DNA from: Schizochytrium sp. TIO01
Taxonomy: Eukaryota; Protista; Bigyra: Labyrinthulomycetes
Length of the DNA: 64,000 bases
NCBI GenBank assembly: GCA_004764695.1
Contig: SMSO01000034.1
Location: forward strand, 496,001 to 560,000
Reading direction: 5' to 3'
Each line of letters starts with the position of its first letter. The stretch's first letter is position 1. This document shows positions 13,653 through 23,810 of this stretch, piece by piece. The notes below the pieces were generated by a model. It had not been told where the DNA came from. It made no database searches and worked only from the letters and a program-made list of their open reading frames with translations. Position numbers and translations under genes: made by a program.

Positions 13653-16600
13653 CTTTGTGCAAAATGAGTATATGAAGGGTTTTAGGTTTTTATCTTGTTT
13701 GCACTAATGATATGAACCTCCGACTCGAAGCCTCGATTTTACGGAATAACAATCGCGCCCAAGAGTTTGGGTTTTGCTGAGACAATCAATGTCTTTCTTC
13801 GATTTCGAATTTAATAATTGTTTACAATTTCGAAAAAGTAATATATATATATATAGTGTATCTCGTGTCGGAAATTGATGCTGTTTTGTAAATTTCTTTT
13901 TTACTTTGTTTGGAAACGACAGAATTTATCTTCAGGACTAAACATCCAGCTTCTAAAGCTCGATACCTCCAAAGATTGCCAGTGGGCCTGATTCTCTTCA
14001 GTTCTAACATTCTTCTCTCTGGACTCTATCGAAGTCGACTTTTGTGCATACTGTTCAGAGAGGCTTTCATGAGGAAGCTCACCGCGCAGAACTGCGTCGC
14101 TGGCAACCAAAACTGCGTATTCGAGAGCATTCTGAGGTATTTCCAGATGTCAACATACTGCTCTTCGCCAATAAAAAGTGTAGATAGAGCCTGTGCACTT
14201 TGGATGCTTGAGTTTCCTTAAGTCGCTAAGATGCGTTTGTTTCGTGGGCCAACTTTCCTGCCGCTCCTTCTTCATTATAAACTGGTTTTATCAGAGTTGT
14301 TCAAGTTCGCTCGAGGAAACAAAAGTGCGCTTTAGCGAGAGACCAATCTGAAGGAAGAAAAGGAACTAGCGAGGAAACCTCTAAAAAAAATTGCTTGCCA
14401 AGCGAGCCAAGCAAGCCACGCACTTCCTATTTCTGCAACTTATTCTTTCCGGCGTTCTGAACAGGAGTCAGTCGGTGCTCCAACTCATGCGGAGGTCAGT
14501 TACCAACATCGAAATGTTTTAGCTCAAGTCTTTCTGAGCGAGGATCAGCGACGTCTTCGCAAATGCAATTTGCAAGAACTCCGATAGCGATCCAAATTGC
14601 AACATCGTTGTAAAGAAAAAATTAAAAAAATTATAGGATCCTTCCAACTTGAATAGTTTATGATGGTTATATATACTTATTTTTAATTTTAAAACATTTG
14701 TTGTTTTGCTTTACTACTAATACCCAGAGAAGTAAGTAGGTGGTAGTACCTACCTTTCTTGTGGCTAGAGGAGTTGTTCTGTTAAGCGGTATGTCCAAAC
14801 ATCTTGATCAATGCTTCAGGCACTTGCCTTATCTTCTGTAAAGTTCTCCGAATCTACTGTTTGCGATGGATCGTTGATGAGTTCAAGGAATACTTTTATT
14901 CCAGGCTTTGGACCACACGCAGCAAGTCCTTGTTACAATAATGAGTATGTAGCAGGTTTGTAAGTTTGCACGACAGATATATCCAAACGTCCTCATCGGA
15001 GCCAAAAAGCGCGCCCAGACCGGCTGTCTGAGGGTCCTATGGATCAGGAAAAGCGAGAAAAGTACCAGATTTTATCTTGGGAATTTTGTATGTACCAGGT
15101 ATCGTAATCTACGAGTTTTGAAGAATTACACATGCAGCTACCGGCAGGTTCAGGATACCACTTGCTTCCGACCAGCCCCTATACACATTTCCTCACATGG
15201 CATCAAAGAGTTTCGAGCTTGTATTTTATCAAGCACGATGCGGCGTCTCCATTCGCCGAGGAGGTTTTGCTTTAGCTTCCCCCTGAATTTACAATTCAAT
15301 TTGGATAAGTTTGACCAAATGTGCTCCCTTAGGTTGTGATTGCTTTTGCCTTGTCGACTACCAGATCCTCTCAGTATCAGAAGAACTGCATTTGCGCAGA
15401 AGATTGCAAGAGTTCAGAGACCCCGTCAGAGACGTCGCCACTGTCTCTGTGTCACTGGTAAGCTATCGACTGGCACTGTGTGGCAGCTTCAAAAACTACC
15501 CTCAAGGATCTCCAGCCAACCCAGAATCACCCATGTCGAAGCCTTACTTGCCGTTTTCCTAATCCAACAAACGCAGACATGTCTGAAAATGTCCACGTTG
15601 ACAAGTTTATTTGGTTTAAGAGTATATAAGAGTAGACAAGAGCTGAAAAATGTGGTCAGACTTGGTCAGGCTTTGGAACGAGCACATCTCTCAAGCAATT
15701 CGACCTCAACGGGATTGATTGCTAATGCATGCTTAAACTCAATTTCGATGTATGAAACGCCACCTCGATAGTGGACACGTGCTCAGGATGCTACTTTAAA
15801 GCCTTTACAGAATCCTTTGCAAGAGCTAATGGCGAGTGTGCAGCCCTTTTTTATCATAGTTTCAAGAGCATCAGTCCAAACCTTGGCCAAGACGGTCACG
15901 CCCAGAAACGCAAGGCGTATCCTGGAACTGCGTCAGGTGGAAAGTATTGTCTACAAACTTTTCGCAACGTCCTCGATCTCATCGGAAAGATGTAGTCGTT
16001 ATCCCGTGCCGTCTTGATTGATGGCACTGAGCTCCCGCCTCTGAGTCTTTAATATCAAACTAGAGTACTATCGAACTAGACCGTTCAAAGTCTAGTCTCA
16101 AAAGTCAGACACTTTCCCATATTATGTAAAAATTATTTATTTAAAAAAATAAAAAATAAAAACTGTGGGAAGCGATTTAGTCTACTGCAAACTAACTTCC
16201 ATGGGTGGCATACACGCGCGGGAAACGCTGCGCTTGCAGTCATAACTATCTTTGGCGCTAGCCAAACCATTTGCGCTAAGCCTTTGCATGATGTAAGCGA
16301 ATCAATCAGAAGATGGTATTGTTTTTAAGGAGGGTTTCCCAGAGACTTGCTTGAAGTATCTGGGTATGTTATAGGCTTTCATAAATGTTTTCGAGGCTTT
16401 TAGGAGCGTGTATATGCCTGACGATTGTTCAAAGAAGTGATTCTGCAAGACGAGATTCGAGCTCCTGAACTACAGAAACTGCGCCAAAGATCAACCATTG
16501 GGTCCGTGCTATGACTAGTGTGCCTGAAAAGACCTAGTTTAAGAGCAGTATTCTCATTCTGCAAGCTCAGAAACAGTAGATGGAGTTGTACGTTGCAAAG

Positions 16601-18614
16601 ATGCCTTCCTCAGCGATGTAAGCAGCTTGGGTATGCGAAGTCCCGCAGCGCAAACGCCAGCACCCTCTCGCGCAGTATTTCCAGCTCTCAAACAAGAAAA
16701 CTCAAACATAAAACCAATGTTATCTTCGCCCGATCGCCAACCTTTTAGAGCCGACAACCTTTATTTATTTAACCTGATTTATGAACATTTATGAAGCTCG
16801 CACTAAATGCTGAAGGAGATCGCGTGGAGCGCAACCTCGCCTAAATCTCCGTTCCTTAGCTGAGCAAGGGTTGAAAAGTACAGAAAATAAACACCACTAT
16901 CGCAGAAATCTATCGCAGAAATAGCAAGGCAGCGCTACCAAGTAGATCTTGGCGGCTGCTCCACACGAGTACTCCAAAGTCTTCCTCTGAGCTTATTTCC
17001 GCGTTTATGGCGTAGAAAACCGATCAAATCTTGGCTTATGCCTCTGCAGTGTTACGAGCCGAAACCACACTCACGTGCTGGAGAAGCATAACCCTATTCG
17101 GAGCAGTCTGCCATATCGCTCACAAGTATCTATAAGCTAGTAGTCGCGGCTCGCTCTCAAACGGCATATCGTTCATTATCTACTCATACCACCACCATCT
17201 ATAACCCCTCTCTAGTCAGAGGTAGCTTGGATATGGCCTCAAGCCAAATCAATCACTCCCTCATTACGCACCATCAACTATGATATTCTGCTCGATTGCG
17301 TTTGGAGTTGCACAATCATTTAAGGCTGGTCGACGAAACCCACTACATACTTCGGTACCTGCGAAACCCATTCGCCTCTGAAACCATGCATTGGCCACTC
17401 AGCTGTAAGCTCCTCGAGTTCTTTTCTCGATGTTGGGAACGAGCTATCGGTTCCGCCACACTACCAAATTGGCCAGTGATCGGCTAGTCGGTTTGCACTT
17501 ATCTGCTGTTCTTCGCAGATCTTTGAAGCAGCCACAATCACGATGCGCTGCTAAGCTGTCACTTTGGCCACTTGGCACTGCTGGCGCGGAGTGACTCTGG
17601 CAAACTTTGGGCGCCACGACACCTCACCAGGTGTGTGCGTTGCTGATACCCGCGATGACCCAATCTCGCCATGAATGCACACGTACCTCAACGTCGCACC
17701 GGCGTGAAACTCAGGGCATCCTCCACGAACACAGTCCTCAAGTTGCGCACATGGTCTTCAAGTTGGGCGAAAGTAGTTGGTGAAACCAGTCGAAACCTGG
17801 CGCCGCCATCCGCCTTTGAAGAGCTCTTCGGAGTCAATCAATTTAGGTCCCCTTCTTGACCAACATCGTGGCCTCCACTCCTACAGTTTAGAGTAGGTGG
17901 GGCTAGTTTCAGTCCCGGTAGCCGGCCACCATAGTATTCATAGTTCCTGAAAACTTGACTAAAAACCAATTGCACTGAGATCAGATGCTGAGACTGCCGG
18001 GCTAAGGACACTGAGATCAGATGAACGCGTAGCTTAGAGTGCAGGCAAGAGGCTGCTTCAGGCTTTGGAGCATCGTGCGGAAATGGCGCTTGGAAATAAC
18101 TCAGGGCAAGAATGGAATAAGGGATGAAAAGAAAAAATAATGCGTCACATAGAACCGACTAGGGAATAAATACTTTTTTTAAAGTCCATAATTCGTTTTG
18201 CGTGGTTGATATTCGTCGTTCTGGCCAGGCAGAGGTGCTGAGTGTCGAGCTGGGATCACTCGAAACCTCGAGGTCCCTTTTAGAGAACCCTCGGGTTCTA
18301 GTTGGATATCAAGTGCACCGCCGTTGATCAGAGGAAAGAAGACACATCGAAAACCACCTCGACGGAGAAATTATAGAAAAAAAACTGTTTAGTTTGTTTT
18401 TAGATGTCATATCATGATCAACAACCAAAAAGAGACAACGAGATTGGACAGTATTAAGGAAACTGCAATTGCAATGGCCTTCGTCGCCGTCCGAAGAGCT
18501 GAGCAATAAGGCTCGTTCGCGGCAAACACGGAGTGACGGGGGTCTTGAAAGTGGCTCAGCCAAAGGTTTGGTCCACGGCTTATTAAGAAATCGGTTCTGA
18601 GCGATTCCGACATC

Positions 18615-20273
18615 ATGAGGAGACCGAGTGCAACTCGGGGGCGCTCACGGTCCGAGCTGGTTGCTCGCTCAGAGCGACTGCGACAATTCTCGACGAACCG
18701 GCGGCGATTGGGTGCTCTTCTCGCCTTCCTATTGATTACCTTTGTGGCAACCTCCGAAGAAGGCATTCTGGGTCAGGTCAAGGCGAACGTGCAAGGCGAC
18801 ATCAACGAAAATGTCAAAGCGAATGCAAAGGCACATTCGGAATCGTCATGGCTCTCAATCTCATCTTGGTGGTCTACAGCAGAGCCAACGCAGAGACCCA
18901 CGCAGGCTCCAACATTCTTTCCAACGCCAAATCCCACGTTAAACCCGACACGGAAACCTACACATAAACCCACCGCAAAACCTACACGAACACCGACACG
19001 GAAGCCCACTCATAACCCTACGCATTATCCCACGCGGAGACCGACCTCGACCCCTACGAGGATGCCTACAGTGCCCCCCTCCTCACGAGTGAATGAGAAT
19101 TCGCAATCCACGGTGGCAACAAAAGCAGCCTCTCAGACTCCATCGAAGTTCAAGGTTTTGGTGAAACAGGTTAGTGGCCAGCCTAGTACAACTTCTAAAA
19201 ACACAACTGTAGGATTTGATAGCTCAACACATGTCTCAAGCGATTCGAACGCAGGAGCTACTCTGGACAAAACAGGCAAACTGAAATCAAACAATTCAAA
19301 GAAGTTAACCTCTCGTGCGGACAATGACCCAGTCGACTCAAACTTGGACGACATCAACAACCTCCTCGAGGAGGCAAAATTAAAACTTCGCAAACAGGGG
19401 CGTTTGCGAGGAGAACCCTTGTCGGAGAATACATCACAACTACAATCGAACGCTAAGCAACAAAATGCATCCGGCTCTGCTGAAAGTGACAGCACAAGGA
19501 AGACAAAGAGTGCTTCCCAAACTGCAGCAACTAAATTGACCTTGAATAATAACAGTACAAAGAGCCAGAAACAATATCAGCAGCAAGTTCAACAGCGGAA
19601 CAAAGGTAGTGCGTCTGAACAGCTCACGAGCGCCCCCCTCCCAAGAACCTCAAAGGATAGTGTGCTTAGGTTCTACGATGAACCTGCAGAAGATAAAAAC
19701 TTGAGCACAAACAGCGCAGATGGCAAGTCTGCCACAGAGCAACTGAAACAAAACCCCGCAGAAATAGCTACAAAGTCTAATAAACCAGACAAGCCTAGGA
19801 GGGAGGGTGTCACAGAGCCTAAAGAAGCTGAAACCCAAGAAGAGACTGCTGCAAAATCCTATGAACCAGATGATGAAACGGAAGAAAGAGATCTGATTAA
19901 ACCTGACCAAACAACTGACGAAGCAGAAACTCAAGAGGAAACAGCCGCAAAATCTTACGAACCAGACGATGAAGATCAAGAGGAAATCTCGGAAGAAGAG
20001 AATCCTGTGGAGCCGTATGAACCCAATGAAAATGCCCACGAAAGTGCAGTAGATAGCAAGGATAAATCTCCAGGGAATGAGTCTATTGAATCCCAAATCA
20101 AGAAATCGACTTTAAAGTCTTCTTCATCCGTGAAAGATGTTTATGACGAAGAGGGTTCTATTGACAAGGATCGAGAACGCTTCAACAGCCTTTTAGACGA
20201 GCTTGCTAACAAAGTCGAGCAAAAGAATGACGATATTCAACTGATGAGAGATGATGATCACGAGAGTCATTAA
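18615..20273 (+). CDS. Low-complexity, probably type II membrane mucin-like protein with PTxxPT repeats, 552 aa
   Basis: Basic N-terminus, one hydrophobic segment (LGALLAFLLITFVA), a long run of PTxx tetrapeptide repeats, S/T/Q-rich middle, acidic C-terminus. An 18-aa duplication differs only at synonymous sites, supporting real coding. Confidence 0.75.
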   Translation: MRRPSATRGRSRSELVARSERLRQFSTNRRRLGALLAFLLITFVATSEEGILGQVKANVQGDINENVKANAKAHSESSWLSISSWWSTAEPTQRPTQAPTFFPTPNPTLNPTRKPTHKPTAKPTRTPTRKPTHNPTHYPTRRPTSTPTRMPTVPPSSRVNENSQSTVATKAASQTPSKFKVLVKQVSGQPSTTSKNTTVGFDSSTHVSSDSNAGATLDKTGKLKSNNSKKLTSRADNDPVDSNLDDINNLLEEAKLKLRKQGRLRGEPLSENTSQLQSNAKQQNASGSAESDSTRKTKSASQTAATKLTLNNNSTKSQKQYQQQVQQRNKGSASEQLTSAPLPRTSKDSVLRFYDEPAEDKNLSTNSADGKSATEQLKQNPAEIATKSNKPDKPRREGVTEPKEAETQEETAAKSYEPDDETEERDLIKPDQTTDEAETQEETAAKSYEPDDEDQEEISEEENPVEPYEPNENAHESAVDSKDKSPGNESIESQIKKSTLKSSSSVKDVYDEEGSIDKDRERFNSLLDELANKVEQKNDDIQLMRDDDHESH

Positions 20274-20611
20274 GTTTCAATTGTTGTCAACCTACTTCAC
20301 TGCGGTCGCAAGCACCCAATTGAAAAGGGCTAGTGTCATTCTTGTGGCAGAACGACTCTTCTTAAGTTTGAACCAAGAATATCAACCAAAGAATCACTTT
20401 GAAGATAAGAATTACATGCATGGGATCGCGCCACCTCGGCACTGGAGTCTCCTTATGCCCACTACTTCTGTCGTGGTATTATTGTCTCTGTAGCATTTCT
20501 ATTCGTGTATTGTATCACATACTTAATTGTATTACGGGATGCTAAAAATTAGGAGGAAAGGATAGATCGATCGAGATTCCAGGTTTAGTCCTGATGAATT
20601 TTACTACTAGT

Positions 20612-21679
20612 CTATTTGATGAACTTTAAGAAGATAAAGATGATGATAAGTATAACCAGCAAAACAATGATGGACCACAAGAGGACCCTGTTGTAGCATG
20701 TGCGGCGAGCCATGCGACGCAACGCCCTCTTTGCTTGCCCTGCCGCAGAGTTGGTGTCGTTGACTTTGTCGGTGGCGCGCAAGAGCGTCTCACGTTGCCC
20801 ATCTAATTCATTTAGTGTACTAATTCCTATTTCCTCCGTATCGTGCAAAGATCGTTGCGTCTGTTGCGTTAAGAATAATTGGCCATAGAAAACGTTGATG
20901 AGGTGAAACAGTTAGTACAATTAGCCTCATTGATAACGTATTTTCAAAAGGACTTGACAAGTCAAAATGACCCAGTAACTAGTAAATGAAATAGGCGTCA
21001 TTTTAAACTTACATCTTGGAGCATCCCTGCTGAATTTGTGACACTTTTCATAGAAGCCTGCAAAATATTATGCTCGGTCTGCCCAGAAGACCTGCTTGCA
21101 GCAGCAGCGCCGAAGGAACCCTCATCTAAACCTCTAGAAGCACCAAAAAGTTCCTGACGCTCCAGGTCGGCCTTGACGCTCATTGCTCGAGCTTGCACAT
21201 TTTCAATTTTCTCCCGAGCTTTCTCACACTGTGCGTGAAGGGCATTTGGATCTGCGCTTTGATTACTATTTAAAGCCACCTCGTTACGCCGCAACTGTTG
21301 TTTCCCAAAGCACATGAAAGAATATTCATTATAGCTCGAAAAGCCACGTCAGACCCTCTTGTTGCAAGCAGCCCCGATCCCCCTAATTTGGCAAAGTATA
21401 CTATTGCTTGCCTACATGCCTCAACCTACAGTTTGCTTCGCTAAGCCAGCACTTTGATTCACATTGCGCATAAGTTGGCGACACCTCTGGAGATCTATTT
21501 TGGATGAAATTCATCAAGTCAGTCTTAAAACCATCCCTGACCCATGTAACTTTTCACAGAGATTCAACGTTTTCTCAATCTCTTTCAACTGGCTTACCTT
21601 TTGCACGGTGCGCTGCCTCTAGGTCGCCAAGAGCGCGCTCAAGGTCCGTCACGGCGTTGGCGAGTTGCTGGGACGCCAT
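20612..21679 (-). CDS. VTI1: Qb-SNARE, VTI1-like, 4 exons (21679-21598, 21494-21430, 21294-21013, 20860-20612), 225 aa
   Basis: Three GT-AG introns (donors GTAAGC, GTAGGT, GTAAGT) join into one frame. ERQELFG linker; SNARE motif TEEIGISTLNELDGQRETLLRA...AKRALRRMARR; C-terminal TM anchor. Confidence 0.85.
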
Positions 21680-22379
21680 GGTCAGTCAAGACACACTAGA
21701 ATAGCCGCAATATCAAACAAACTTATTCCCTTCAGAAACAAGTAAGGCTCACGAGACCACCAAAACGGTGACAACCAACGACACGAACCAATGGACTCCG
21801 CAGAGCAGTTTTGCTGGTCAAACTTGCCACCTTACGAAGCACGTCGAAGTGGTATCTAAAACAACAGACCTCAATAAAACAAAGAAGTACTAGTACCTAT
21901 CCATAGGTACCTGGTAATAATAGAATAACTTCATATCGTGGAAAAAGGCACTGTGACGTCAAAACAAGAATTGTGAGCAATGGATCAGCTATTCTACCCC
22001 TCTCGTTGAGTGCCACCTTTCCTCTTCAATCTCCTTCTGTGTCACGCCGGCGCTGAATCTTACGTCGCTACGAAACTCAAGCAACAACGCAGTTGTTTCG
22101 AAAACAGCATCAGTGAGACAGCTGGACGTCGTAGAGCTTCTTGCTGCCTCTTGAATGTATCCTGCTTAGCTCAAGTTTCGCATGAAACGACGATTCTTGA
22201 AAGGGGTTGGCTTGAATCTATCAAAGTTTGGCAACGCAGGGTTTGTGCCTTGAGACAGCTCCTTTTTCTATATTTCCATATATCTATATGCAGAGGCGTT
22301 CCTTGGAAAAAGGTCGATAGCTATAGCTTGGTCATCCTTTGTTTCGTCTTAAAGATATATCAATTGGGCCAAAAGACTT

Positions 22380-23519
22380 ATGGTCGAGGCTCCCTCTCTG
22401 AGACTCGCTCTCGTGGGTTTGTTATGCTCTTTGCTTGGCGTAGGATTTGCAGAATTCCTTGCTTTCGCATGGGTGGGGCTCTGGGGATGCGAGGAGGTGT
22501 TAACAATTGACTTGGTCTCGAGTCCCTCAACACCACAGCATAGTCCACACCGTCTTCTAGTAATCTCTGACGTTCACATCTTAGGTGAGAAAAGACGCAC
22601 GAGTATTGACCGGTGGTGGACAGATCGACAAATTGGAAAGTCATTTGCAAGTGCGAAATTCTGGGTTAATCCACACAACATTGCTGTCCTCGGCGACCAC
22701 CTTGATGAAGGATATGTGCACACCACCCAGCAGCTGTGGAATAAATATGTTGCAAGATTTCGCGGAGCATTACCTGCAGACAACTTGCTCATGGGCATCA
22801 TGGGCAATCACGATGCGCATTCTGCCAACTTGATCACTCCGCCTATGCTTTCACGATTTGAAAAGTCTTTTGGAAGCACAAATGAAGTCCAGATTGCCGG
22901 CCCTCTTGAACTTGTTACATTGAATGGCATAGGTCTAGAGGCATGCTACAATTTGCAACGAAAGCACAAAGTAATCTGCGAGAAACTTGAGGCTACACTG
23001 AACTCGCTTCGCTTCAAAGAGCAACAAAGCCCCGCTTATGATTTACTAGCACGAATCCTTTTACTACATGTCCCGCTTTATCGTGAGAATGATGCCGATT
23101 GTGGCCCTACCAGAGTACGTGAAAGTGCCCATGTGACGTATGTGGGACCCTTTGACAATCTTGAGGCTGGGAAAGATGTTTTGTCCAAATCTACAACCGA
23201 ATATCTCCTGTCAACTGTGAAGCCGTTGCTTGTATTAAGTGGCCATACACATGCACAGTGTGCAAGACGAGTTGATAAGGAAACTTTTGAAGTAACTCTG
23301 CCAACCTTTTCTTGGCGCATGCGACCTGACCCAGGGTTTGCCATTATTGTCGTCGAGGATGAAAAGCTCAAGGTCAGCATTTGCAAAATCCCACATGAAC
23401 ATCGCACCATCGCAGGTTACATACTTGCAGGTCTACTTAGTCCCGCTTTCTTGTACCTTGCAAGAAAACCAAGACAAGGCGCTGGAGATAATATAATAAC
23501 CTCACAAAAGATAGAATGA
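22380..23519 (+). CDS. MPPE1: Metallophosphoesterase MPPE1/Cdc1 (PGAP5-like GPI remodelling enzyme), 379 aa
   Basis: Calcineurin-like motifs ISDVH, LGDHLDEG, GNHD, HVPL, SGHTH, plus the family-typical PTFSWR; N- and C-terminal TM segments. Confidence 0.88.
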   Translation: MVEAPSLRLALVGLLCSLLGVGFAEFLAFAWVGLWGCEEVLTIDLVSSPSTPQHSPHRLLVISDVHILGEKRRTSIDRWWTDRQIGKSFASAKFWVNPHNIAVLGDHLDEGYVHTTQQLWNKYVARFRGALPADNLLMGIMGNHDAHSANLITPPMLSRFEKSFGSTNEVQIAGPLELVTLNGIGLEACYNLQRKHKVICEKLEATLNSLRFKEQQSPAYDLLARILLLHVPLYRENDADCGPTRVRESAHVTYVGPFDNLEAGKDVLSKSTTEYLLSTVKPLLVLSGHTHAQCARRVDKETFEVTLPTFSWRMRPDPGFAIIVVEDEKLKVSICKIPHEHRTIAGYILAGLLSPAFLYLARKPRQGAGDNIITSQKIE

Positions 23520-23810
23520 GTAAAACCAAGTACATCAAAAATTGTATAGAAAGAAAAAAAAAGTAGTTGCAATGTATTCTTATCAAAGTAGCAGGAATTA
23601 GCACGATAAAGGTTTAGTATATACTACGTTCTAGGAGTTTCGGTAGTTGTTGCGTGGTGGGTCTGTAAAGTCACAACAAAATGGACTATCCAGAAGGTTT
23701 TCGTTTGGTGTCAAGGGTTCATTTTTGAGTTTATTGTGAGTTTGGAAAACGCAGTTTAACTTTTTCAGAAACAAAGAAAACTGGTAGATTTGGTCTGTTT
23801 TCGCTTACGC

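Noticed and set aside
15118-17900. Possible decayed LRR or other genes (EELHLRR, RILELRQV fragments)
   Set aside because: Motifs too weak and scattered to assign a family without a search.
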